The notes: generated by a model from the sequence alone, not told the origin. Shown: positions 38,942 to 50,540, counted from the stretch's first letter. The stretch is DNA of 64,000 nt from an uncultured Acidimicrobiales bacterium (GCA_963803875.1 CAWDOA010000016.1:619033-683032), one strand, 5' to 3'. Made by a program: numbers and translations.

Positions 38942-39985
38942 TTATGCGAGGGCGGAGGCGAACAGTTCCAGCATGTTGGGTGGCCCCGACAGAATGAACG
39001 TGGTGATGCAACTCTTGCGCCACTCGGTGAGTTCCTCCTGGATCTTGCCGATCGGCCCAACCAGAGCAACGTCTTCCACCATCTTCAACGGAATGGAAGC
39101 GATCGCTTCGTCCTTGCGTCCCTCGAGGTAGAGCTGCTGAACCTTGGTGGCAACGTCTTCGTATCCCATCCGGACGAAGACATCGAAATGGAAATTGGCC
39201 CCTTTGGCTCCCATGCCGCCGGCGTAGAGTGCCAGGACGGGGCGGATCCGATCGGCGGCCTTCTCGACGTCGTCGTCGGGGGAGACCCACAGGGGAGAAC
39301 ACACTTCGAACCGCTCGGACTTGTCTGCATCGCCGGACGCGTCGAACCCGATCTTCAGCCGCTCCCGGTACCACGCGTCTTCTTTGGGTGTGAAAAACAG
39401 CGGCAACCAGCCGTCGCAGATCTCTGCCGACAACGACACGTTCTTGGGTCCTTCGGCGGCGAGGTAGATCGGGATGTCCGGCCGATACGGATGCAGTGTG
39501 GACTTCAGCGGCTTGCCCAGGTTCATGCCTCCGTCGAAGGGAAGCTGGTAGTGGTTCCCGTTGAATTCCACCGGTGCCTGTCGGGCGAAGACGTCCCGCA
39601 TGATGCTGACGTACTCACGGGTGCGAGCGAGCGGTTTGGGGTACGGCTGGCCATACCAGCCCTCCACGACCTGTGGTCCGGACGCACCGATCCCGAGAAT
39701 CATGCGGCCACCCGACAGATGGTCCATGGTCATGGCCGCCATGGCGGTGGCGGTTGGGGTTCGAGCTGACATCTGGGCGATCCCGGTGCCGAGCCGCACG
39801 TTGTTGGTGTTGGCCCCCCACCATGCCAACGGAGTGAAACAGTCCGACCCGTAGGCCTCGGCCGTCCACACTGAATCGAACCCCAGCCGGTCCGCCTCCA
39901 TGACCCCTTCGAGTGCGCCGTCAGGGGGTCCAGCGCTCCAGTACCCGACCGAGTAGGCCAGCTTTATCGTCTTGTCCGTGGTCAT
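38942..39985 (-). CDS. LLM-class (luciferase-like) F420-dependent oxidoreductase
   Basis: FDSVWTAEAYGSD, RLGTGIAQMSARTP, GRMILGIGASGPQVVEGWYG, typical of the LLM family. ATG at 39985 (MTTDKTIKL). Confidence 0.8.
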   Translation of the reverse strand: MTTDKTIKLAYSVGYWSAGPPDGALEGVMEADRLGFDSVWTAEAYGSDCFTPLAWWGANTNNVRLGTGIAQMSARTPTATAMAAMTMDHLSGGRMILGIGASGPQVVEGWYGQPYPKPLARTREYVSIMRDVFARQAPVEFNGNHYQLPFDGGMNLGKPLKSTLHPYRPDIPIYLAAEGPKNVSLSAEICDGWLPLFFTPKEDAWYRERLKIGFDASGDADKSERFEVCSPLWVSPDDDVEKAADRIRPVLALYAGGMGAKGANFHFDVFVRMGYEDVATKVQQLYLEGRKDEAIASIPLKMVEDVALVGPIGKIQEELTEWRKSCITTFILSGPPNMLELFASALA

Positions 39986-40058
39986 CTTGGGGACCCTAGA
40001 CCGCTGTATGGCGAACGACATAGTCTCGGTTGCCTCGGATTGCCTTAGGGTGACCGGC

Positions 40059-40898
40059 ATGGCAAACCGCCCCCAAATTCTGGTGACCAACGACGACGGA
40101 ATCGACTCGCTCGGGTTGTATGCGCTGGCCCGGGCAGTCTCTGAACATGGCGACGTCATGGTGGTTGCGCCCGATCAAGAGTTCAGCGGTGCCAGTTCGG
40201 CCATCGGTTCGATCGCCGACATGAAACCGCAGGCCCACCGGCGGCAAACCCCCCACCTGCCCGACGAGATCAAGGTGTGGGCCGTGACGGGCCCCCCGGC
40301 ACTGTGTGTGCTGTTCGTGCGAATGGGCGCCTTCGATTTCGAACCCGACATCGTCGTGAGCGGGATCAATCCCGGAGCCAACATCGGCCGCTCGGTGTAT
40401 CACTCGGGCACGGTCGGAGCGTGCCTCACCGGCCGAAACGGCGGAGTATCCGGCGTCGCAGTCAGTCAGGCCCTGCAAGAGTGGAATACCAACGGTCAGT
40501 CGTGGGACGAAGCGATCGCCAGTATCGATTGGTCCACGGCGGCGACGTTAGGAGCGGCAGCCGCCAAAGCGATATTGGACTCACCGTTGGCCGAGCCCCA
40601 GGTGCTCAACATCAACGTGCCCGACAAGCCGCTGGCCGAGATCGATCGCTGGTCGTGGACCAACGTGTCCGAGAAGCCTCCCAGTGAAACGACCGCCGCA
40701 AGGATGGAATCCATCGCAGGCCATACCAACTCCTTTGACATCAAGGTCGATTGGGGTAGCAAATGGGACGGCGAAGAAGGCAGCGATGTACACGCCATCA
40801 GTCAAGGCGAACTGTCACTGTCCTGGATCGGAAAGATGACCGCACACCCCGACAACGGCTCGGGCGTCGGGGTTGCACTCGATCAGCTACTGGGCTGA
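40059..40898 (+). CDS. surE: 5'/3'-nucleotidase SurE
   Basis: ILVTNDDGIDSLG, VVAPDQEFSGAS, SGINPGANIG, YHSGTVGA. Confidence 0.85.
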   Translation: MANRPQILVTNDDGIDSLGLYALARAVSEHGDVMVVAPDQEFSGASSAIGSIADMKPQAHRRQTPHLPDEIKVWAVTGPPALCVLFVRMGAFDFEPDIVVSGINPGANIGRSVYHSGTVGACLTGRNGGVSGVAVSQALQEWNTNGQSWDEAIASIDWSTAATLGAAAAKAILDSPLAEPQVLNINVPDKPLAEIDRWSWTNVSEKPPSETTAARMESIAGHTNSFDIKVDWGSKWDGEEGSDVHAISQGELSLSWIGKMTAHPDNGSGVGVALDQLLG

Positions 40899-42020
40899 TT
40901 TCATTCCCTCGGCCAACTCGATGGCCTTACCGGCCAGCGAATCGATCTGCACTCGAAACGTCTCGAGATCGACCTCGTTGTCCAGTGCACCTTTCATGTA
41001 GCGGCTGAGCACTCCCTCCACGATTGCGCCCAGTCGCCAGAACTGGAACGCCCGGTAATAGTCGGGGTTCTCCACCTCGAAACCGGTCTTGTCGACATAG
41101 CGGTCTATGAGTTCGGCTCGGCTCATGAACCCTCCGTCGGCCGTGGGAAAGTCCGTCGCTCCGGCCACCTGGTCGGCTTCGCCGGGCTCCACCCAGTTGT
41201 TGAGCAGATAGCCGAGGTCGGCGAGCGGATCGCCCAGGGTGCACAGCTCCCAGTCGAGCACCGCCACGACCTTCCCGGTCTCGGGGGTGATCAGCATGTT
41301 TCCCAGCCGGTAGTCGCCGTGAACAACGGTGTTGTACTTCTCCTCTGGCTGCGCCTCGAGGAGCAGCTGGTAGGTGCGATCCATCGCAGGGAGTTCGCGG
41401 GTTTTGGTCTTCTCCCACTGACCTTGCCACCGTCTGAGCTGCCGCTCCAGGTAACCCGAACGTCGACCGAGATCGCCGAGGCCGATCTCATCAGGATCGG
41501 CACTGTGAAGAGCCGCCAGCGTGTCGATCACAGATCGGCTGAGGTTGATTCTCTGGTCGGTGGGAACGGTCTCGGCGGTGATCGCTCGATCGTGCAAGAC
41601 CACTCCTTCCACGAAGTCCATCACGTAGAACGGGGCATCGTTCACGCTCTCGTCAGTACACAATCCCAGTGTGGCCGGGCATGCCACTGGAGTAGGTCCG
41701 AATGCGCTGATCACCCGGTACTCGCGAACCATGTCGTGGGCCGTGGCGAGAACAGCCGCCAGCGGCGGTCGCCTCAGCACCAGTTTGCGTCCGGCGCCAT
41801 CGGCCACTTCGAAGGTGAGGTTGCTGTGACCGCCCGCGATCGGGCTGAACGTGAACGGGGCTTCGACGTCGTCGATGTGTTCGATCAGCCATTCGGTCAC
41901 TCGGTCGAGGTTGATTCCAGCAGTGCTCACCGGCACGACGTTACTCCTTTCGTACAACCAGGGGCCAAGGCTGGCCTGGACGGTTGCTCGAGGACCCCAA
42001 AACGCGAGTGCGGAGGTCAC
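40887..42020 (-). CDS. phosphotransferase (APH / acyl-CoA-dehydrogenase-associated kinase) family protein
   Basis: IAGGHSNLTF, VLRRPP, VVHGDYRLGNML (catalytic loop), AVLDWELCTLGDPLADLG. The true start is probably downstream of 42020. Confidence 0.8.
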   Translation of the reverse strand: MTSALAFWGPRATVQASLGPWLYERSNVVPVSTAGINLDRVTEWLIEHIDDVEAPFTFSPIAGGHSNLTFEVADGAGRKLVLRRPPLAAVLATAHDMVREYRVISAFGPTPVACPATLGLCTDESVNDAPFYVMDFVEGVVLHDRAITAETVPTDQRINLSRSVIDTLAALHSADPDEIGLGDLGRRSGYLERQLRRWQGQWEKTKTRELPAMDRTYQLLLEAQPEEKYNTVVHGDYRLGNMLITPETGKVVAVLDWELCTLGDPLADLGYLLNNWVEPGEADQVAGATDFPTADGGFMSRAELIDRYVDKTGFEVENPDYYRAFQFWRLGAIVEGVLSRYMKGALDNEVDLETFRVQIDSLAGKAIELAEGMKSAQ

Positions 42021-42150
42021 GTCACGATCGAACCGACCTCAACCGGTGAACGAGGACATTCGCCCTGCTGAGGTGGGCAGATTTGGTCAGCCGGAGGTCT
42101 TCAACGTTTGTGGTCAACCGCAGTCGGTTTTCGGCCGATTCAAGTAGCGA

Positions 42151-45100
42151 ATGACTCATAACGAGGGAAAATGGGAAGGACGTCCTGTTGTCGCAGGGAT
42201 CCTGCGCGTTCTCATCACCCTCGCGCCCATCGCCATCTCTATCATCCTCGTCACGGTCGCAAGCAGAGTTGTTCCGCGACCCGATGGCTGGCTCAAAACG
42301 ATCAGCTGGTGGGTTGTCCTCTCCATCTTCGCCACCATCGTCTTGTTGGTGTTCGATCGACTCTTCCGGCGACTGATGCCGATCGTCGCCATGTTCAAGC
42401 TGTCGCTGATCTTCCCTGACCGAGCCCCAACGCGCTTCCGGGCGGCCCTTCGGAGCGGCACGGTCCGGCAGTTGCAGCGCAAGATGGAGTCGGGCGAGTT
42501 CAGCAGGGCGGCGCCGCAGGAAGCCGCCGAAGCCCTGATCGCACTCGCAAGCACGTTGAACGCGCATGACCGGCTGACGCGGGGCCACACCGAGCGGGTC
42601 CGGGCCTATTCGGTGATGATCGGACAGGAGATGGGCCTCGACGACCACGAACTTGAACTCCTCAACTGGTCCGGGCTGGTCCACGACATCGGCAAACTCA
42701 CGGTGCCAGCGGAGATTCTCAACAAGGACGGAAGGCCGACCGACCAGGAGTGGCAGATCCTTCGGCAACATCCTGCGAAAGCCGATGCCCTCGTCGAGCC
42801 GCTGCGGACCTGGCTGGGCGAATGGGCCGAGTCGGCCACTCAACATCACGAGTACTATCGACGGCAACGGCTATCCGCATGGGCTTGCCGGTCGGGAAAT
42901 ATCGCTCGCGGGGCGGATCGTTGCGGTCGCCGATGCGTACGACGTGATGACCTCGGCCCGCTCCTACAAGCAACCGATGCCAGCTTCGGAGGCTCGTCGA
43001 GAGCTAGCGGCCAACGCCGGCACCCAGTTCGATCCCCAGGTCGTTCGAGCCTTCCTCGGTGTCAACGTCGGCCGACTGCGATTGGTTGCGGGCCCTCTCG
43101 GATCGCTCGCGCAGCTGCCCGCCGGTTCGGCAACGATCGGTTCGGTGGCGACGACCGGGGCAAGCGTGGTCGCCACCATGGCGGTTGGAGCGTTCACCGG
43201 TCTCTACGGCCCGCAGGTCGAGGTGGCGGCTCCCACCGTCCCTGAAACGGTCGCCCTCGTGGCAGAAGCTCCCGATTACACGGTTTGGGGGGCCGAGGAC
43301 CAGACGCTCGAAGCCGATCTCAGCGAACTCGTCACCGACCTGGGGGTTCAGGTAAGTCTCCTCGACGAGCCCGAGAACGGCACTGCCGAAGTCTCGTCCT
43401 CCGGGCGAGTGTCGTTCTCGCCCGACCCGAACTTCAACGGCACTGTGATCCTGCCCTACTCGGCTTGTATCGAGGATGGAGCGTGCGATTTCGGGTCGCT
43501 CACGTTCGTCGTCGAAGCGGTGAATGACCGGCCGACCGCGGCCGACGACTCGGCGACCGTCATCGAGAACACACCATTGGCTATCGCGGTGTTGGACAAC
43601 GACGAGGATCTCGATGGTGATCCCCTCACGGTCAGCTCGGTGACAGCAGTGACGGGCGGTTCTGCGTTCAGCGACGGGTCGACCGTCACCTTCGTCCCCA
43701 CCCCGCGCTCCACCGGCCCCGCCAGCTTCACGTACTCGATCATCGATGGCAAGGGCGGCTCGGCTTCGGCTCAGGTTGCCCTGACGGTCGTCGACGACCC
43801 GGATCGTCCTTTGCTCGTGGCCGACTCGGTGACATCGCCCGAGGACCAGACTGTCGTGATCGACGTGCTCGGCAACGACAGTAGCGATGCGCCGCTCGAC
43901 CCGTCCGAACTGGCAGTCGTGCGCCCGCCGAGTTCGGGCACCGCCACGGTGGTGAGCGGTGCCGTCACCTACGTCCCGGCCGCGAACTGGTTCGGCGTGG
44001 ACACCTTCGACTACTTCGTCTGTGACGTCGAGGAGTTCTGTGACGTTGAGACAGCGACTGTCTCGGTCGGTTCGGTCAACGACCCGCCGACGTTCGTCGG
44101 GGGCGGACCGCCGGTCGTGCTCGAGGACTCCGGCGCACACGTTCTTGTGAACTGGGCGACCGCAATCGATCCGGGATCCGACGAGGTCGGGCAATCGGGA
44201 ACGTTCACCGTGGCGACGGACAACCCCGACCTGTTCGACGTGCAGCCCACGGTCTCGCCAACGGGGGACCTGTCGTTCACGCCTGCACCCGACGCCAATG
44301 GAACGTCGACGATCTCGGTCACGCTTCGCGATTCGGGCGGAGCCGCGGCGGGCGGTTCCGATACGAGCTCACCGTTCGAAACCCAGATCGTCGTGATCGC
44401 CGTGAACGACCTGCCATCTTTCAGCCCGGGACCGGCGTACACGATGACCGAGGACTTTGGCCCGACCGTGATCCCGGGCTGGGCAACAGGATTCAGTCCG
44501 GGGCCGGCCGATGAGACGGGTCAGGAACTGTCCTTCACCGTCGTCGCCGATGACCCGTCGCTCTTCGGTACTCAGCCCGCGATCTCGCCGGCGGGAGATC
44601 TGTCCTTCGCTCCGGCGGTCGACGCAAACGGTGCAGCGAACTTCACCATTCGGTTGGTCGACGACGGAGGAACGGAGTTCGGTGGCGTCGACACGAGCCC
44701 TGCTGCCACAGCAACGCTCACGATCGAACCGGTGAACGATCCGCCCAGCTTTGTCGCCGGGCCTGACGTCGTAGTGCTCGAGGATGCAGGTGGCCAAACG
44801 ATCGCCGGATGGGCGACCGCCATCTCGCCCGGTCCCCCCGATGAGATCGGTCAGACCGTTGCCTTCGCCGTGGTGGCGGACGATCCGTCGCTGTTTGCGG
44901 TGCAGCCGGCACTCTCGTCTTCGGGGGATCTGACCTTCACACCACAACCGGACACCGCCGGTTCGGCGATCATCACGATTACCACTTCCGATGACGGCGG
45001 AACCGCCCTCGGCGGCATCGACACCGGCCCACCGGTCACGGCGGCGGTCACGATCGACCCCGTCGACGACGCGCCCGAAGCATACGACGATGCAACCGCC

Positions 45101-48088
45101 ACGAGCGGGCCGGGGTTGACAAACATCGCGGTACTCGGCAACGACATCGACCTCGACGGAGACCTCGATCCCGCCTCCGTCTCGATCGTTGTCACTCCGG
45201 TCAAGGGCACTGCCGTACCGAATCCCGACGGCACGATCGGCTATACGCCGACCCCCGGGCAAACCGGACACCGACTCGTTCGTCTATCAGGTCTGTGACC
45301 TGGCGTCTGCATGCGACACCGCCACGGTGACCGTCGGGATCATGGGGCCGAATGCGGCCGACGACAGCGCCACCACCGACGAAGATGCACCACCGATCAC
45401 CATAGATGCGTTGGCCAACGACACGGACCCAACCCCTGATCTCGATCCGACGTCGGCCGTCGTCGTCACCGCACCGGCAAACGGGTTGGCGACGGCAAAC
45501 GGCGACGGGACCTTCGACTACGTATCGGACCCCCACTACTTCGGGATCGATTCGTTCGAGTACCGGGTGTGCGATCTCGCCGGTTCATGCGCCGAGGCCA
45601 CCGTCGACGATCGATGTCGCCACCGTCCCCGATGCACCGGGCGGTCAGGCCGATGCATTCGTGACCGATCGCGACGCCCCCATAGCGGTTGGCGCTCCGG
45701 GTGTGCTCGCCAACGACCACGACTACGACGATGATCCACTCACGGCAGTACTCGACACCGGGCCCGGTTCCGGCGCGGTCACGCTCGACCCGGATGGGTC
45801 GTTCACGTACACGCCGAACGCCGGCTTCACCGGTTCGGACAGCTTCACCTACACCGCCTTCGACGGAGCGATTGTCATCGACCCCGACGACCGTCGTCGA
45901 TCACCGTCGACTCGGGCGTCGCGGCCGAAGGGTTGGTTCCTCGGCGACAGTGGAGCCACCGCGGACGACTTCGACCTCGTGGCGACGCCTCCGACCCCCG
46001 GCGATCCGGATCCCGACGGAGATCTCGATCCCGGATTGACGATCCTGAGGAGCGATGGGTCTCAGACCGATCCCGATCCGCTGAACTACCACCACTGGAT
46101 CCTGAATCCTGGCGCATCGGCTCTCGATCTCAACGGTCCCGTGACGCTCAAGCTCTGGAGCACGCTGGCCGGGTTCGAACTCGGTGCTGACGTCGACTGT
46201 CGGCGTGGCTGTACGACTGCGATGCTGTCACCCTCGGTTCGTGCTCACCCGCCTTGTTGAGCCTACGAGAACGCCCACACCAACAACTGGAACGATGGGG
46301 TTGCGGACTTCGCGTATCGCGAGATCACTCTCGGAAGCCTGACCCACACGGTTGCACCGGGTCGCGTGCTCAAACTTGCGGATGATGTTCGGGCATGAGG
46401 ACATGTGGGTCGCCATGGACTCCGCCCACCCCTCCGAGCTGGAACTCACTCTCGCCAACGCGAGCCCCAATGCCGTCGACGATTCGTATCCGATGGGCTC
46501 GCCGGTTCTGGAAGGTGGCCCGCTCGTCAACCTCGATGTGTTGTCCAACGACATCGACGACGACCTCGATCCGACGAGCCTCTCCATCGAGCCGGCACCA
46601 ACGCCGGCAGGCGCGCTGGTTGTCAAAGGTGACAACACCCTCGACTACACGCCTTCGCCGGACTTCGTCGGAATCGACACGTTCGACTACCGGGTCTGCG
46701 ATCTCGGTGGTCTCTGCAGCGTCGCGACCGTCACGGTCACCGTTACGCCGGTCAACGATGCTCCTTCCTTCGTGAAGGGTTCGGACCAGACTGTCCCCGC
46801 AGATTCGGGCGCCCAGTCCCGGGTTGGATGGGCGACGTCGCTCAGCCGAGGCCCTGCCGACGAAGCAGGCCAGACGCTGACCTTCAACATCACTGCCAAC
46901 ACCAACCCCGGCTTGTTCTCCGCCCAACCGCAGGTCTCGTCGACCGGAACGTTGCTGTTCACACCGGCAGCCGGGCAGGACGGCTCGGCCACTATCACCA
47001 TCGAACTGCAGGACGATGGGGGAGTGGTCGACGGCGGCATCGATACTTCTCCTCCACAGACATTCGAGATCATCGTTGACGATCACGGGATCGTCGTGTC
47101 GGAGTTCCGACCGGCCGGACCGGGCGGCGGCAACGACGAGTTCGTCGAGCTCTTCAACGCTGGAGTTGTGCCAGAGGATCTGACCGGATGGCGACTGCAC
47201 ATCACGAGCGCACTCGATTTCGATTTCTACACCTTCCCGGCAGTGACGCTCCTCCCGGGTCAGCACTATCTCGTGACCCATCCGGGATCACCGCAAGCAG
47301 GCTTTGCCGACGACACCTGGAGCGGGCTGATCTACGGCTCAGGGTTCGGTGATGTGCAGGTTCTCACCTCGACCGGAACCCAGGTCGACGCGTTCCACTA
47401 CGGCTCGGGCCCGACGGTCGGCGAGGGAGCCGCCCTTCCGTCGTGGAACAACCCCGCCGGCCTCGACGGCAGCTGGGAGCGACTGTTCGGCGGAGCGTAC
47501 GGGAACTGTGTCGACAGCGACGACAACCGGACCGACTTCGTGCGCAACTACGGCAAGAGCACACTCCAGAACATGTCGTCACCGTTCACGCCCTGCGGCA
47601 GTCCAACCACCGCCGACAGCGTGATCATCAGTGAGGTTCGGCCGAATGGACCGGCAGGCATCGGCGATGAGTTCATCGAAGTCGTCAACGCGACGAGCTC
47701 CATGGTCGACATCGGCGGGTGGGCGATCGAGATTCCCCAAACCCTCCACACCTTCGCACCGGGCACGTTGTTGGCACCGGGAGAGACCTATGTGATCGGG
47801 TCACCCTCGGGGTACAGCGGCTTCGCCGACGCCGATTACAACGGGGCCGTTGCGTTCCCGTATCTCGGGAACGACCACTACGTAGCGCTGATGAACGGCA
47901 CCACGGTGATCGACGCCATCGCCTGGGGTTCGGGAACTGCCGAGGGCACACCGATGCCTTCCTACGACGGTGTTGCCTTCAATGACGTCAGCTATGAGCG
48001 CGGCCACGGCGGGTGCTCGGACTTCGACGACAACCTCGGTGACTTCGTGCTGTCCTTCGCCAGCACCCCTGGAACCGCCGGCTGCTGA
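42151..48088 (+). pseudogene. giant membrane protein: TM + HD-GYP domain + TM + cadherin-like/VCBS-like repeat array + two lamin-tail-like (LTD) domains; ~9 frame breaks as written
   Basis: N-terminal TMs. HD-GYP: HTERV, LVHDIGK, QHHEY|IDGNGYP (step ~42855), DAYDVMTS. A hydrophobic segment VATTGASVVATMAVGAF follows. Next come repeated ~100-aa modules with VNDxP, DxDGD and FxYxVCD motifs through ORFs 42653..45298, 45189..45734, 45406..46260 and 46352..48088. The C-terminus has two SE(F/V)RP..G..DEF(V/I)E(L/V)(F/V)N modules. Confidence 0.75.
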
Positions 48089-48114
48089 GGCCCCAGGCCG
48101 AGGTTTTCCCAGTG

Positions 48115-48879
48115 TCAGAGTGAACGACCGATGGGTGTGCGGCTGAGCACAACGAGTGACCAGGGCGGGTCGTTGCGTTGCTCAACGACCCGAAATCCGG
48201 CGTAGGAGGAGACAGCTCGATCGATCTGTTCCTGACCCTGGAGTCCGGTTGCGATGATCGTTGCCGTCGGGGATGCCAGTTTGGTGATTGCGGCCCCTTC
48301 GGCTTCGTGGGTTCCAACGAGGGCATTGATGACGACCACGTCGAACCCGTTCGATCCTGCCAGCCAGCCCGGCGTTGCCAGCTGCGTCGGGGAGGCGGTC
48401 ACGAAGCTGGTGTGGGTCTCCACGTTGTTGCGCTTGGCGTTTCGAACCGCAATTGCCACCGCTGCGGGCTCGATGTCGCATCCGGTCGCACGAAATCCCA
48501 GGCGGGCGGCAGCGATGCTGAGCACGCCGGTGCCGGTGCCAACATCGAGCAGTGGTCGATGGTGTCCCGGGCCGATCGAATGGAGCGCATCCAGAGCCAG
48601 TGCGGTGGTTGCGTGGGACCCATGACCAAAGGCTGTTCCCACCTCCAACTCGATGGTTCCCGATGTCAGAGCGACCCTGGACAGCTCATCCTGACCCCAC
48701 GATCCGGCCGCTTCAACCGACCCACCGTGGGCGTCGGCGAACACCCGTGCCGACGCATGATCAGCGAAGCCGACGATCATGCATTCAGCCGTTTCAGCGA
48801 TTCCGGTGGCATCGGCCAGGCTTGCTGCGATTTCAATGGCGTCCGGATCAGCACCCTCGATCCGGACAACCCAACTCAT
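48115..48879 (-). CDS. SAM-dependent methyltransferase, ribosomal protein L11 methyltransferase (PrmA)-like
   Basis: FGHGSHATT, LLDVGTGTGVLSIAAARLG, GCDIEPAAV. ATG at 48879. The upstream part of ORF 48115..49413 is antisense-type junk that overlaps the neighbouring gene. Confidence 0.7.
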   Translation of the reverse strand: MSWVVRIEGADPDAIEIAASLADATGIAETAECMIVGFADHASARVFADAHGGSVEAAGSWGQDELSRVALTSGTIELEVGTAFGHGSHATTALALDALHSIGPGHHRPLLDVGTGTGVLSIAAARLGFRATGCDIEPAAVAIAVRNAKRNNVETHTSFVTASPTQLATPGWLAGSNGFDVVVINALVGTHEAEGAAITKLASPTATIIATGLQGQEQIDRAVSSYAGFRVVEQRNDPPWSLVVLSRTPIGRSL

Positions 48880-48887
48880 CGTGGGCC

Positions 48888-50528
48888 TTAGCGCTGCGTT
48901 GTGATTCCAGCACGGACGAGCTGTACGAATGTTTCGCCCGGGGTCAACAGAATTGGTTCGGGCCCGGCCCGCAGCGTGAACGGTTGGCTGACGTCGAAAC
49001 GTTGCCAGGTCCCCACGATGTGTTTGCCGTCGGTGTACACGTGCGCCAGCCCGATGCCGGTGCTCACCGCTTCGGGGGTGTCGGCGTCGGCGGGGGACTG
49101 ACGGTGTTCCATCTCGAGCACCACAACATTGTCGGGAGCGATCACGGTGCCGTCGTCGAGCTTGTGGGTTTGACCGGCCTGAGTACGTTGCCAACCGAGC
49201 AGCGCCTGATTCCACTGGTATTCGACCCTGGTGCGTCCGTAGTCGATCCTCACGCCATCGGTCGAATCTCCCAGGGCGCTGGGGATTCCCGCCTCCCGAT
49301 ACTGGAATATCGCCTGGGGAGCGATTCCCTCCGGTGCGGAAGCCATGATCTGGCTGCTGTTGACATACAGGTTGTGCGGAGCCGGTCGGCTGGTGTCGCG
49401 AGAGTAGGCCCACGGTGTTGATGCACGATCTCGGTTCACCAGGGCCACTCCGTCGAATTCGTTGAGAATTTGGAGCACTGTTGGGTTCCCCCCGGAGGCG
49501 GCCAGCACCGGCAGGTTGAACGCCCCGAGGATCCCGAAGTCGGTGGTTCGGGCCGATCGAACCGGCCCGATGGTGGTTGGGAATTCGCTGTGGAACATGG
49601 CGAGGAATCGGCTGATCCCGAACTCGACCTCTTCTTCGAAGACGATGTCGGCGTCGTGAAGGGCCCGTTGCGGGACTGCGCCCTGGTTGTTGTCGATCTT
49701 CACCACCAGTGCTCGACCGGGGTTGATCGTCTCGGATCGTTCGCCGGTGAGCGGGTGTTTCACCGGGTAGAGCCGTGCCATCCGATTGCGGTATTCAGGC
49801 TGGCCCAAAAATCCTGCGATGACACCGGTGTAGGCGCCTCCATCCCGGATGACTCCGGTCCAGTAGTTGAGCCCGTTGGGTTCGGGCGCTCGACCCAACA
49901 TGCCCGCGTACAACATGGTGGCTTTCACGATCGGGTCCATGTCGCGAATGTTCTCCACGCTCTCGCTGAACCCGAGCATCACGGCGCCGCGGCTGGTGCC
50001 GGCTGCCATCCGGTCCAGCCAATACGCTCGTCCGGCCGCGTCCGATGCCCGGCCGAGGACGTTTTGGTACACGAGCTCGATGAACTCGGTGTCGCTGAGT
50101 GAGCCGTAGGTGTTCTGGAACTCGGCGGACTTGGCGAACTCGTTGGAAACTGCCAGGGTCGAGAATCCGACTTCGAGTTGGCTGGCCCAGAACTTCAACC
50201 CAACGATGTCGGGGGAGCGGCGGAAGTAGGCGTAGTACAGCCGCACGACGGGGGCGATGCGGCCCTCGAACTCCGGTGAGGTGGCCATGGCGTTGATGAC
50301 CTCTGATCCTGAGGAGCCGGATCGGAGCCTCCCGATCCAGAAGTCGAGGCCGGCGGCATCGGGCTCACGGCCCAAGAAATCTCGGTACTGTTGGGTGATG
50401 AACCATCCTTCGGTGGAGAACGGGCTGACATTGTCGCTTTCCGCCGATGCCGGACCGGCAGACATGATCGAGCCGACCAAGGCCATCGCCATGAGGAGGG
50501 GGAGAAGGATTCGCCGTTTCAATCGCAT
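48888..50528 (-). CDS. secreted protein: three DUF4214-like repeats plus a DUF3048-like C-terminal domain
   Basis: Signal peptide MRLKRRILLPLLMAMALVGSIMSAGPASA. There are three repeats of the type FI..QYRDFLGREPDAAGLDFW. The C-terminal half carries ALVVKIDN...GISRFLAMFHS. Confidence 0.7.
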   Translation of the reverse strand: MRLKRRILLPLLMAMALVGSIMSAGPASAESDNVSPFSTEGWFITQQYRDFLGREPDAAGLDFWIGRLRSGSSGSEVINAMATSPEFEGRIAPVVRLYYAYFRRSPDIVGLKFWASQLEVGFSTLAVSNEFAKSAEFQNTYGSLSDTEFIELVYQNVLGRASDAAGRAYWLDRMAAGTSRGAVMLGFSESVENIRDMDPIVKATMLYAGMLGRAPEPNGLNYWTGVIRDGGAYTGVIAGFLGQPEYRNRMARLYPVKHPLTGERSETINPGRALVVKIDNNQGAVPQRALHDADIVFEEEVEFGISRFLAMFHSEFPTTIGPVRSARTTDFGILGAFNLPVLAASGGNPTVLQILNEFDGVALVNRDRASTPWAYSRDTSRPAPHNLYVNSSQIMASAPEGIAPQAIFQYREAGIPSALGDSTDGVRIDYGRTRVEYQWNQALLGWQRTQAGQTHKLDDGTVIAPDNVVVLEMEHRQSPADADTPEAVSTGIGLAHVYTDGKHIVGTWQRFDVSQPFTLRAGPEPILLTPGETFVQLVRAGITTQR

Positions 50529-50540
50529 TCGGGTTCGCTC

